64,000 bases of DNA from an uncultured Gemmatimonadales bacterium (GTDB lineage: Bacteria > Gemmatimonadota > Gemmatimonadetes > Gemmatimonadales > GWC2-71-9): assembly GCA_963789925.1 (NCBI GenBank), contig CAWBMQ010000006.1, positions 231,378 through 295,377 on the forward strand. Reading direction: 5' to 3'. Under the pieces are notes generated by a model. The model searched no databases. It was given only the letters and a program-made list of their open reading frames with translations, and was not told the DNA's origin. Below are positions 50,926 through 60,689 of this stretch, one piece after another (the stretch's first letter is position 1; each line of letters begins with the position of its first letter). Made by a program: the position numbers and the translations under genes.

Positions 50926-53331
50926 GTGAAGTCGCTCTCCCTCTTGTCCACTGTGCTCGTGCTGTGGTTCCCTACCCGCGCCTGGTCGCAGACCTTTCGC
51001 TCGGAACAACTCCAGCCAATGGCGGGGTTTGGTGCGTCGGTGGCCGTAGGCAACGGCGAGGTGTTCATGGGTCGACTGGGCGGCGAAATGTTCTCGCCAG
51101 CAGCAGTGGAGCGGGGCGCAGTGCATGTGTATCGGCCGGGGGCCGATGGTGTGTGGACGGAGGCAGATGTGCTGGTCGGGAACGACACGAAGATCGGGGA
51201 CGAGTTCGGATATGCCATCGCGGTTGACGGCGCCTGGCTCGCGATCGGGGCGCCGAAGCACCGTCACGGAACCGTTTACCTGTTTCAGTTGTCCAAGGGA
51301 AAGTGGGTGCAGGCGGCCCAGCTCGATTCTCCAGATACCACGCTAACCAACCGATTCGGGCACGCGCTCACGCTCAAGGGCGGAGTCCTGCTGATTGGCT
51401 CCCCGGGACAGGACTCGCTCCGGGGAGCGGTGTACACGAGTCGCCGGTCGGGACCGGGATGGTCGGTACCCTCGCCGGTGGGCACGGGGTCGGTGGCAGG
51501 CGGACGGTTCGGAACGGCGCTGGCGTTCGACGGCACGCGGGTGGTTGTGGGCGCACCGGGGCTCATCATCGGGCCGCCGAAGGAGCGGCAACGCGGATCG
51601 GCCGTGGTGTATCGCGCCTCCGGCGCGAAGTGGCTGGCGGAGGTAGCGCTCGAACCGGTGGGTGACAGCGTGACGTCCTTCGGTGCGGCGGTGCTGCTCG
51701 ATGGGACGCGTGCGCTGGTAGGGGCGCCGACGACGCGGCGGGGTGGAGGCGACGTTTTCGTCTTCAGCCGTGATGGGGCGGGCAACTGGTCTCCCTCCTC
51801 GGTGCTGCGACCGGCCCCGCCGGACTCGCGCGAGCTGTTCGGCTGGGCACTGGCCAAGGCTGGCGAGCAGCTGCTCGTCGGCGCGCCGCTCGCGAGCGGA
51901 TTCGACGGCAAGGTCTACACCTACCGAAACGCCGGAAGCGGATGGGTGGAGGGCCAGCTGCTCAGCCCGGCCGATTCGGGCATGGGCACATCGCTCGGAT
52001 TTGCTCTGGCCTCGACCGGCGACCTGCTTGCGGTGGGGGGACCACACGCGGACTCGGACGAGGGGATGGGTTTCCTCTACCGGAGGGATGCCGCCGGCAC
52101 GTGGATCCCGCTGCAGCAGGTCTTCGATGTGGCGAGCTCGATGACGGCGGTGCTGGGCGAGCACAAGTGTGACAGCACGGCTGGCGGATTCGGCTGCCAG
52201 CAGGTCGACCTGCTCTCCTACCTGCCAAGGCAGGACCTTGGCGCCAGCCGTGGCACGATGCTGAACGACATCTGGGGGTGGACCGATCCGCAGACGAAGA
52301 AAGAGTACGCGCTCGTGGGGCGCACCAATGGCACGTCATTCGTGGATGTGACCAGCCCCGAACACGCGGTGTATCTCGGTGACCTGCCGATGCATGCGGG
52401 CGCGACGCCCGGCGTGTGGCGGGACATCAAGGTGTACCGTGACCACGCCTTCATCGTGGCCGACGGCTCGGGCAACCATGGCGTGCAGGTGTTCGACCTC
52501 ACGGAGCTGCGGCAGGCGGGAGGCTCGCCGGTGACGTTCAAGGAGACGGCGCACTACGATGGCGTGGCGAGTGCTCACAACATCGCCATCAACGAGGCGA
52601 GCGGCTTCGCATACGTGGTGGGCGCCAATGGCGGCGGCGAGACCTGCGGCGGCGCGCTGCACATGCTCGACATCCACGATCCCGATCATCCGGTGTTCGC
52701 GGGGTGCCAGGCCGACTCGACGACCGGCATGCAGCACACCGGGTATACACACGACACGCAGTGCGTCACGTATGCGGGTCCGGACACACGGTTCCACGGC
52801 CGCGAGATCTGCTTCAACGCATCCGAGACGGCGATCGGCATCGCCGACGTGACGGACAAGGCGCACCCGAAGGCTCTGGCCACGGCGTCCTATCCGAACA
52901 CGTCGTATGCGCACCAGGGGTGGCTGAGCGAGGACCAGGCCTACTTCTACCTCGACGACGAGGGTGACGAGATAGCGGGACTCGTGCCGAAGACACGGAC
53001 ACTGGTGTGGGACATGAAGAAGCTGGATGAGCCGGTGATGGTGACCGAGTTCCTGGGCACCAACTCGGCGAGCGACCACAACCAGTATGTGCGCGGGCAC
53101 TACCTCTTCCAGTCGAACTACGCAAGCGGGCTCCGGGTGCTGGATATCGCCGACCCGGCGCATCCCCGCGAAGTGGGTTACTTCGACACGGTGATGGCGG
53201 GAGATGACGTTCCCGGGTTCGTGGGGTCGTGGAGCAACTATCCATACTTCCCGAGCGGCACCATCGTGGTATCGAGCATCCGGGAGGGGTTGTTCGTGGT
53301 GCGGTTCCGCCCCGAACCGTCCACGCCGTAA
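50926..53331 (+). CDS. Secreted two-propeller protein: 7 FG-GAP-like repeats + LVIVD / choice-of-anchor-B-like domain (paralogue 1)
   Basis: GTG start and signal peptide ..FPTRAWSQ. Repeats FGASVAVGNGEVFMG, FGYAIAVDGAWLAIGAP, FGHALTLKGGVLLIGSPG and more. The C-half has LNDIWGWTD, WRDIKVY.DHAFIVADG, GGGETCGGALHM, TGYTHDTQCVTY.GPD, HQGWLSEDQAYF.LDDEGDE, GLRVLDI. Confidence 0.7.
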   Translation: MKSLSLLSTVLVLWFPTRAWSQTFRSEQLQPMAGFGASVAVGNGEVFMGRLGGEMFSPAAVERGAVHVYRPGADGVWTEADVLVGNDTKIGDEFGYAIAVDGAWLAIGAPKHRHGTVYLFQLSKGKWVQAAQLDSPDTTLTNRFGHALTLKGGVLLIGSPGQDSLRGAVYTSRRSGPGWSVPSPVGTGSVAGGRFGTALAFDGTRVVVGAPGLIIGPPKERQRGSAVVYRASGAKWLAEVALEPVGDSVTSFGAAVLLDGTRALVGAPTTRRGGGDVFVFSRDGAGNWSPSSVLRPAPPDSRELFGWALAKAGEQLLVGAPLASGFDGKVYTYRNAGSGWVEGQLLSPADSGMGTSLGFALASTGDLLAVGGPHADSDEGMGFLYRRDAAGTWIPLQQVFDVASSMTAVLGEHKCDSTAGGFGCQQVDLLSYLPRQDLGASRGTMLNDIWGWTDPQTKKEYALVGRTNGTSFVDVTSPEHAVYLGDLPMHAGATPGVWRDIKVYRDHAFIVADGSGNHGVQVFDLTELRQAGGSPVTFKETAHYDGVASAHNIAINEASGFAYVVGANGGGETCGGALHMLDIHDPDHPVFAGCQADSTTGMQHTGYTHDTQCVTYAGPDTRFHGREICFNASETAIGIADVTDKAHPKALATASYPNTSYAHQGWLSEDQAYFYLDDEGDEIAGLVPKTRTLVWDMKKLDEPVMVTEFLGTNSASDHNQYVRGHYLFQSNYASGLRVLDIADPAHPREVGYFDTVMAGDDVPGFVGSWSNYPYFPSGTIVVSSIREGLFVVRFRPEPSTP

Positions 53332-53410
53332 GGCGAAACAGTGTCGCGGTCCGGAACGTAGACGTGGTAGTCCATTCCATTCATCAGTTCGCATCACGGG
53401 AGCAGCATCC

Positions 53411-55876
53411 ATGACCCTGCGCATCCGACTCCTCGTCGCGTCCCTTTCGGTGGTCGTCGCCGGAAATGCCCCGGCCCAGACCTGGGCACCGGCCTCGGGA
53501 CCATCCATGACGGCCGCGTCGCCCGAGGCGATGATCGGGTTTGCCTCATCGATCGCGCTGCAGGGCAACGAGCTCTACGTGGGCCGCACCGGCGTGGTGC
53601 AGGGCTTTCCCATGCCGGCGACCGGCACCGGTGCGGTGCATGTCTTCACGCGCAACAGCACGGGGACCTGGGTCGAGTCAGGGTCTTTCACCGGCGGCGA
53701 CGTGAAGCTGAACGACGGCTTCGGCAGCTCGCTCACCGTCGATGGTTCACTGGTGGCGGTCGGCGCGCCGGCGGGCGACGTCGGCGGCCTGGTCTACGTC
53801 TTCGAGAAGAAGGGGACCGGCTGGGTACAGGTGGCGAGGCTGTCGGCACCGGACGCGAAGAAGGACGACGATTTCGGCCGCGTGGTGACGCTCAAGGGCG
53901 GGATGCTCGCGATCGGGGCACCGAGCCGGGACTCGACGCGGGGCGCCATCTACGTGTCAAACCGGAATGCCAAGGGGGGCTGGTCGGTGCCGGCGATCGT
54001 GGCCAGCGGCAGCGAGCCGTGGGACGGCATCGGCACGTCGATCACCTTTGACGGCGCGCGCGCACTGGTCGGTGTTCCGGGACCGCTGTTCACCAACGAC
54101 AACCCGGATTCGCCGAAGCTGCGCACCGGCTCGGTGTCGGTGTACCGGGTGCCGAAGAGCGGCGCGTGGACGGCAGAGTCTCGGTTCACGGTGAGTGACG
54201 ACAGCACGGTCGCGGCCTTCGGCCGGACCATCGTGGTGTCGGGCCTCGAAGTGTTCGTGAGCGCGCCGCTGGGCGTCAAGGCGGTGGGCTCGGTATTTGT
54301 CTTCTCGCGCAGCGCGAATGGCGAGTACACCCAGACTGCCCGGCTGCTCCCATCGGAGCAGGCGGAGTTCACGATCTTCGGCCGGGGCATCGCGGTCTCG
54401 GGCGACCAGCTGATCATCGGGGCGCCGGGGGCGAACCACAGCATCGGTGCGGTCTACGTGTTCAAGCGCTCGGGCGATGGCTGGGTGCAGTCGCAGTTGC
54501 TCACGGTGCCGGGTGGCGGCCCCGGGGTTCGCTTCGGACACCTGGTCCGCGCCGAGGGGAACGTGATGGTGGCAGCGGGTCCCAACGCCGAGTTCTTCGA
54601 GGGACTGGCGTACAGCTACGCGCGCGATGCGTCGGGTGAGTGGAAGTCCACCGGGACCATCAGCGACAAGGCAACCGGCATGACCGCGGTGACGGGCGGC
54701 GAGGTGAAGTGCAACGGCGGCAAGGCGGACGAGTTCTCCTGCTCTTCGGTGGACCTGCTGTCCTTCATTCCCACCGGGTCCCTCGGCGCCAGGCGCGGGA
54801 TCATGCTCAACGACCTGTGGGGCTGGACCGATGCACAGACCGGCCGGGAGTTCGGGCTGATCGGCCGCATGGACGGAACGGTGTTCGTGGAGGTGACCGA
54901 CCCACAGCACCCGGTGTACCTGGGCGAGCTGCCGCTGCACGAGGGGGCCAACCCGAACCTCTGGCGCGACATCAAGGTGTACAAGGACCACGCGTTCATC
55001 GTGGCCGACGGTGCCGGTCCGCACGGGATGCAGGTGTTCGACCTGACCCAGCTCCGGAACGTGCAGGGTGCGCCGGTGACCTTCAAGGAGACGGCGCACT
55101 ACGACAAGATCGCGAGCGCGCACAACATCGCGATCAACGAGGCCACCGGCTATGCCTACACCATCGGCAACAGCGGGGGTGGTGAGACCTGCGGCGGTGC
55201 GCTGCACATGATCAACATCCAGGACCCGGAGCACCCGGTCTTCGCCGGATGTTTCGCCGACCCGTCCACCGGCAACCAGAAGACGGGTTATACCCACGAC
55301 ACGCAGTGCGTCACCTACCGCGGCCCGGACACGCGGTACACCGGACGCGAGATCTGCTTCAACGCGTCCGAGACGGCGGTCGGCATCGCCGACGTCACCG
55401 ACAAGAGCGCGCCAAAGGCGATCGCAGTCGCATCCTACCCGAACACGTCGTATGCGCACCAGGGATGGCTGAGCGAGGACCAGGCGTACTTCTTCCTCGA
55501 CGACGAGGGGGACGAGATCGCGGGGACGGTGCCGAAGACGCGCACCATCGTGTGGGACGTGTCGAAGCTCGACGAGCCCGTGCTGCAGGTGGAGTTCCTC
55601 GGCACCACGTCGGCGAGCGACCACAACCTGTACATCAAGGGCAACTACATGTACCAGTCGGATTACGTGGCTGGTCTGCGCGTGATCGACATCAAGGACC
55701 CGAAGGCACCCAGGGAAGTCGGGTTCTTCGACACGGTTCCGGTGGGGGAGAACGTGCCGGGATTCGCGGGATCGTGGAGCAACTATCCCTACTTCAAGAG
55801 CGGGACGGTCCTGGTCACGAGCATGCGTGAGGGCCTCTTTGTCTTGAAATACAATCCCCAGGAAGCCACGCCGTGA
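53411..55876 (+). CDS. Secreted two-propeller protein (paralogue 2 of 50926..53331)
   Basis: ATG 53411 gives MTLRIRLLVASLSVVVAGNAPAQ. Same architecture as paralogue 1. The C-terminal half is roughly three-quarters identical by eye to paralogue 1; the N-half is much more diverged. Confidence 0.7.
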   Translation: MTLRIRLLVASLSVVVAGNAPAQTWAPASGPSMTAASPEAMIGFASSIALQGNELYVGRTGVVQGFPMPATGTGAVHVFTRNSTGTWVESGSFTGGDVKLNDGFGSSLTVDGSLVAVGAPAGDVGGLVYVFEKKGTGWVQVARLSAPDAKKDDDFGRVVTLKGGMLAIGAPSRDSTRGAIYVSNRNAKGGWSVPAIVASGSEPWDGIGTSITFDGARALVGVPGPLFTNDNPDSPKLRTGSVSVYRVPKSGAWTAESRFTVSDDSTVAAFGRTIVVSGLEVFVSAPLGVKAVGSVFVFSRSANGEYTQTARLLPSEQAEFTIFGRGIAVSGDQLIIGAPGANHSIGAVYVFKRSGDGWVQSQLLTVPGGGPGVRFGHLVRAEGNVMVAAGPNAEFFEGLAYSYARDASGEWKSTGTISDKATGMTAVTGGEVKCNGGKADEFSCSSVDLLSFIPTGSLGARRGIMLNDLWGWTDAQTGREFGLIGRMDGTVFVEVTDPQHPVYLGELPLHEGANPNLWRDIKVYKDHAFIVADGAGPHGMQVFDLTQLRNVQGAPVTFKETAHYDKIASAHNIAINEATGYAYTIGNSGGGETCGGALHMINIQDPEHPVFAGCFADPSTGNQKTGYTHDTQCVTYRGPDTRYTGREICFNASETAVGIADVTDKSAPKAIAVASYPNTSYAHQGWLSEDQAYFFLDDEGDEIAGTVPKTRTIVWDVSKLDEPVLQVEFLGTTSASDHNLYIKGNYMYQSDYVAGLRVIDIKDPKAPREVGFFDTVPVGENVPGFAGSWSNYPYFKSGTVLVTSMREGLFVLKYNPQEATP

Positions 55877-56991
55877 TCCGAGCGCGGTCGTACACCCGCC
55901 CCTCAACCGCTGCCCTTGTCATGCTGCTGAGCGTCAGCATGGCAGGTCGGCTCTTATCGCAGCAGCAGCCACAGGGGCAGCGGCTCTACCTGACCAACCA
56001 GGATGATGCCACGGTCTCGGTGATCGATGTCGATTCACGAACGCTGATCGAGACGGTGGACCTGCAGAAGATGGGGTTCGGGCCCAACGCGAAGCCGCAT
56101 CACACGCAGGAAGAGGCGGACGGGTCGTACTGGTACGTCACGCTGATCGGGGCGGGCAAAGTGCTCAAGCTCGACCGGTCGAACAAGATCGTGGGCTCGG
56201 TGGACATGGAGGTGCCGGGGCTGATGGCCCTCGACCCGAACGCCGATATCCTGATCGTGGCGCGGTCGATGAGTGCCGTGAACCCGCCCAAGCGCATGGC
56301 GATCATCCGGCGGTCGGACATGACGCTGCTGGACGAGGTCGACATCTTCTTCCCGCGGCCGCACGCGGTCGCGATCGACCCGCGTGGACACTACGCCTAC
56401 GTGGGGAGCCTGGGCGTCAACCAGATCGCATCGGTGCGGCTGGCGGATAACGAGGTGAAGCTGGTGGACGTGGACGGTCCGTACCACACGCTCACCCAAT
56501 TTGCCGTGTCGCCAGACGGCCGGTGGCTCCTGGCCACCGGATCGACGAGCAACCAGCTGCTGGTGTTCGACATTTCCGACGAGGGGAACCCGAAATACAG
56601 CCGTTCGGTGGCGCAGGTGGGTGGGCCGTTCGAGTCGGCGTTCACGGGCGATGGTCGGCAGGTGTTCGTGACCAACCTGGACTCGAACGCGGTGGCAGTG
56701 GTGGACGTCGGCACCTGGAGCAGCACTGCAGTCATCCGCGGGCAGCAGTTCCAGCAGCCCCATGGTATCGTCCTCAGTCCCGATGGCCAGGACTTCTGGG
56801 TCAGCAACCGGTACCAGGGCGGCGGCATGCACGATCATGAAGGTCACCACCCCACCGGAAGCGGCACCGCGGTGTCGATCTGCATCGCGACGCGCACGGT
56901 GGACGGCGAGGTACCGGTAGGGCACTACGCGGCGGGCATGAGCGTGGCACATCCCGCATCGGCTCCCCCGGCCCCCAAGCCGTGCAAGTAG
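55873..56991 (+). CDS. YVTN-family beta-propeller repeat protein with His-rich C-terminal motif
   Basis: GTGA overlap with the upstream stop. Repeats LYLTNQDDATVSVIDVDS, YAYVGSLGVNQIASVRL, SPDGRWLLATGSTSNQLLVFDI, GRQVFVTNLDSNAVAVVDV, SPDGQDFWVSN. Tail GGGMHDHEGHHPTGSG. Confidence 0.75.
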   Translation: MIRARSYTRPSTAALVMLLSVSMAGRLLSQQQPQGQRLYLTNQDDATVSVIDVDSRTLIETVDLQKMGFGPNAKPHHTQEEADGSYWYVTLIGAGKVLKLDRSNKIVGSVDMEVPGLMALDPNADILIVARSMSAVNPPKRMAIIRRSDMTLLDEVDIFFPRPHAVAIDPRGHYAYVGSLGVNQIASVRLADNEVKLVDVDGPYHTLTQFAVSPDGRWLLATGSTSNQLLVFDISDEGNPKYSRSVAQVGGPFESAFTGDGRQVFVTNLDSNAVAVVDVGTWSSTAVIRGQQFQQPHGIVLSPDGQDFWVSNRYQGGGMHDHEGHHPTGSGTAVSICIATRTVDGEVPVGHYAAGMSVAHPASAPPAPKPCK

Positions 56992-58818
56992 GGCGGCCGG
57001 CCGCCGCCCTCTTCCTCCTCACCCTGGGCGCGTGCGGCAGCGCGCCCAGGGCGGGTGCGCCGGCCCCAGTCGCGGCCGCGCTCACGTACTCTCCCGTCAT
57101 CGACCCGTTCCCCGTCATCGACTCCAGCGGCCGCGTGCTCGAGCTCGCCTTCCTTGGCGGGTTCAACCAGCCGAGGCCGCAGCTGCTCGACGTGAACGGG
57201 GACGGGAAGCTCGACCTGATGCTGCAGGAGTACACCAGCCGGCTCATCTACCTCGAGCGTGACGGCACCACGGCGGACAGCCTGCCGCGGTTCCGGGTAC
57301 GGAGCACGCACTACGCCGACCTCAACGTCGGCGAATGGTCGCGCTTCGCCGACATGGACGGTGACGGCAAGATGGACGTGCTGGCCGAGTGGCCATCGAG
57401 CTACATCCGGTATTTCCGGAACACGGGAACGGCGGCATCGCCGCGGTACGAGGCGGCCCCCGATACGGTGCGCGATGCGGAGGGAAAGGCGCTGTTTGCC
57501 GACCGGCAGAACATTCCGCAGGTGGGCGACATCAACTGCGACAGTATCCCCGACCTGCTGGTGGGGCGGATCACCGGGATCATCCTCGAATACATCTCGC
57601 AGAAACCGGCGATCCCGGCCCCGCGGTTCAAGCTGGTCACCGACCGCTTCCAGGATCTCGAGATCATCACGGGACAGGGCAGCCGGCACGGCGCCAACAC
57701 GATGGCGCTGTACGACTACGACGGGGATGGCGACCTCGACCTGTTCTGGGGTGACTTCTTCGAGGCGGGCCTGCTGTTGTTCGAGAACACCGGCACCTGT
57801 GCCGAGCCGAGGATGCCACAGCATGGGGTGCGCTTCCCCCGCAGGATCCGGTGGTCACCAGCGGCTACAACGCACCGGCCTTCGGCGACCTGAACGACGA
57901 TGGGCGCAGCGACCTGCTCGTCGGCGTGATCGGCGGGGCATACGACCCCAACCGCACTACGATTGCGAACCTGCTGTACCTGACGCGGGACGGAGCGGGT
58001 CAGTACCGGGAACGGACACGCCAGCTGCTGCCGATGGTGGATGTGGGCAGCGAGAGCATGCCGGTGCTGGTGGACCTCGACGGCGACGGTGACCTGGACC
58101 TGCTGCTGGCCAACAAGATCGACCCGGCCGACCGGAAGACCTCGCGCGTCTACCGGTTCGAGAACGTGGAGACGCGAAGCATCCCTCACTGCGACTGGCC
58201 GGGGCGATGGACTTTCGGGGGCTGTACCACTACGCCCCTGCGTTCGGCGACCTTGATGGCGACGGGAAGCTCGACATCGTGATGGGATCGTTCAGCGCGA
58301 AGATGGCGTGGTACCGGAGCGATGGAACGAGCGCGGCACCGCACTTCACGGTCGCGGACTCGGTGCTGGTGGAGATCAGCCGCGGCAGCAACACGACGCC
58401 GGCCCTGGGTGACGTGGACGGAGACGGAGACATGGACCTCTTCGTGGGGGAGGCATCAGGCACCCTCAACTTCTACCGCAACGACGGGGGCCCGGGCCGG
58501 CCGCTGTTCACGCTGGTGAGTGATGTCTACGACTCGATCGACGTGGGCCGGCGCAGTGCGCCGACACTGGCGGACATCGACAGGGATGGTGACCTCGACC
58601 TGGTGGTGGGATCGGATGACCGCGGAGTGGTGCTGTTCCGGAATGAGGGCACGAAGACCGAAGCGAGGTTTGTCGAGGATACGTCGTTCAAGGTGGACGT
58701 GCCGCCGCTGGCGTCGCCGGTATTCGGGGACCTCGATGGTGATGGGGTACTTGAGATGGTGGTGGGGAATACCGGGGGAGGGGCGGTGCTCCTGAAAAGC
58801 GTGAGCGGTAAACAGTAA
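56982..58818 (+). pseudogene. FG-GAP/VCBS-repeat lipoprotein, two frame breaks
   Basis: GTG 56982 overlaps the YVTN stop. Lipobox LTLGAC-G. Many DxDGDGxxD units (DVNGDGKLDL, DMDGDGKMDV, DYDGDGDLDL, DLNDDGRSDL, DLDGDGDLDL, DLDGDGKLDI, DVDGDGDMDL, DIDRDGDLDL, DLDGDGVLEM) are spread over ORFs 56982..57893, 57851..58282 and 58207..58818. Junctions are at the C-run 57836-57840 and near 58195. Confidence 0.8.
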
Positions 58819-58820
58819 AC

Positions 58821-58846
58821 GGTGAACGGGCGCTTCCCGGTTCACC
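58821..58846. terminator. Hairpin between convergent genes (no clear U-tract)
   Basis: GGTGAACGGG / CCCGGTTCACC form a 10-bp stem with one bulge and loop CGCTT. Embedded in GT(A/G)AAC(A/G) heptamer-like repeats. Confidence 0.45.
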
Positions 58847-58877
58847 GTTCACCCTTCACTAGTTACGCTGTTGCGGC

Positions 58878-59966
58878 CTATCTCCAGATGGCGGGTACCG
58901 CCTCCGGCTTGGTGGCCTCGACCGGCGAACCGAGCCGCCGGCGGATTTCGCGGAGCTCACGGAAGCCGACCAGCTTGCGGTCGTCCTCATCCCAAAGGGT
59001 GAGGCGCAGCGTCTTCACGCTCTGCCACAGCGTGAGCCGGGTGACGTCACGCAGTTCGGCGTGATTGTCGTAGCAGCGCTGGAGGTTGTAGTTCGGGATG
59101 CGGCTCGACACATGGTGGATGTGGTGCAGGCCGATGTTGGCGGTGAGCCACTGCAGCGGCTTCGGCATGACCAGGTGTGACGCGCCCTCGAGCCCGGCGT
59201 TGAAGTAGTTCCAGCTCTCCCGGTAGCGCCAGTAGGTGTCCTCATACTGGTGCTGCACGTAGAAGAGGTAGACGCCGATCGAGCCCGCGATCAGGGTGAT
59301 CGGCAGCTGCAGCAGGAAGAATTCCTTCACGCCCACCACCATGCACATGGCCACGAGGAGCACCGCGAGCAGGACGTTCGTGACCTGGACGCTGATCGCC
59401 TCGCGCTTCCAGTTGCGCGGGATGTCGAGCGGCAGGCGGTGCTTCAGGACGAACTGCCAGGTGGGCCCGATCACGAGCATGACCGCCGGGTGACGGTAGA
59501 GGCGGTACATGATCCGCTTCATCTTCGAGCGGCTCAGGTACTCCTTGACGGTGAGCGTGTCGATGTCGCCCAGGCTCCGGAGGTCCAGGTTGCCGGAGGT
59601 GGCGTGGTGGATCGCGTGGGTCTTCCGCCAGTAGTCATACGGCACCAGGGTGAAGACGCCGAGCAGGGTGCCGACGACGTTGTTGAGCTTCTGTGACCGG
59701 AAGAATGACCCGTGGCCGCAGTCGTGCTGGAGCATGAAGAGGCGGACCACCATGAAGGCGGCCGGCACCGCGAGCAGGAGCGTGAGCCAGTAACCGATTT
59801 CCAGGCTCCAGAGCATCGCGAACCAGAAGGCGGCGAGAAGGGCTGCCGTGGTGGCGAGCTGAAACAGGCTCTTCCACATGACGGGGCGGCGGTACGGGGC
59901 GAGCATGGCGTTCCAGTCGATGGACTGGGTCGCATTGGTTTCCTGCTCGGCGGTTTCCGGGCTCAT
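58878..59966 (-). CDS. Membrane fatty-acid desaturase (three His boxes)
   Basis: 362 aa. HDCGH, HAIHH and HHIHH boxes, with hydrophobic segments in the expected arrangement. Confidence 0.88.
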   Translation of the reverse strand: MSPETAEQETNATQSIDWNAMLAPYRRPVMWKSLFQLATTAALLAAFWFAMLWSLEIGYWLTLLLAVPAAFMVVRLFMLQHDCGHGSFFRSQKLNNVVGTLLGVFTLVPYDYWRKTHAIHHATSGNLDLRSLGDIDTLTVKEYLSRSKMKRIMYRLYRHPAVMLVIGPTWQFVLKHRLPLDIPRNWKREAISVQVTNVLLAVLLVAMCMVVGVKEFFLLQLPITLIAGSIGVYLFYVQHQYEDTYWRYRESWNYFNAGLEGASHLVMPKPLQWLTANIGLHHIHHVSSRIPNYNLQRCYDNHAELRDVTRLTLWQSVKTLRLTLWDEDDRKLVGFRELREIRRRLGSPVEATKPEAVPAIWR

Positions 59967-60008
59967 CCGTGTTCCTTGGTGGGTTGCGTGGGACGGGTCC
60001 TAAAATAG

Positions 60009-60041
60009 CGGGAACCCGGGAGCGGGGAACAGGGAACCGGG
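60009..60041 (+). repeat. G-tract heptamer repeat (GGGAACA family)
   Basis: Sequence is cgggaacccgggagcggggaacagggaaccggg, with five G3-4 tracts, between the carbonic anhydrase stop and the desaturase start. Confidence 0.85.
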
Positions 60042-60043
60042 AT

Positions 60044-60677
60044 TTACAGCATCGGAAGGAGCCGGTCGGCTGCCTCGGCGGTGTCCACCGCCCGGACCAG
60101 TTCCTTGAGCAGGCCGTTCTCCAGTGAATAGATCAGCCCGTGGAGCGTGGGGCCGTCGGCCGCGCTCCCACGCCTGCCGCACCACCGGCGTGAGCGTGAG
60201 GTTGTACACCTGGTGAATGACGCTGAGCTCGCCGAGACGGTTGAGACGGGCCTTGTGGTCGGTCATGACATCGAGCTCGCGGCCGTGGAGACGCTCGATG
60301 GTGCGGATCTCGGAGAGCCAGTTGTCCACCAGGCCGTAGTGCACTTCCTTCTGCGCCGCCGCCTTCACGCCACCGCACTCGTAGTGCCCGCACACGATGA
60401 CGTGCTTCACGTCGAGGACCTCGACCGCGTACTGCAGCACGGACAGCATGTTGATGTCGTTGGGGAACACCTGGTTGGCGATGTTGCGATGCACGAACAT
60501 CTCGCCCGGGTGCGTGCCGGTGATCTCATTGGCCGGCACGCGGCTGTCGGAGCAGCCGATGAAGAGAAACTCCGGCGTCTGCGACTTCGCGTTCCGCCTG
60601 AAGTACTCGGGGTCGGCGTCGAGCCGCTCGCGGACCCACTGACGGTTGTTTTCGAGGAGGCGGTGGAGGTCGTCCAT
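60044..60677 (-). pseudogene. Beta-class carbonic anhydrase, frame break at the G-run 60149-60152
   Basis: FIGCSDSRVP, HRNIANQV and VCGHYECGG (Zn ligands C, H, C). After ..QAWERGRR the family-typical tail PTLHGLIYSLENGLLKEL...LLPML is in the -1 frame, ending at TAA 60044-60046. Confidence 0.88.
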
Positions 60678-60689
60678 GGTCGCTTCCGA

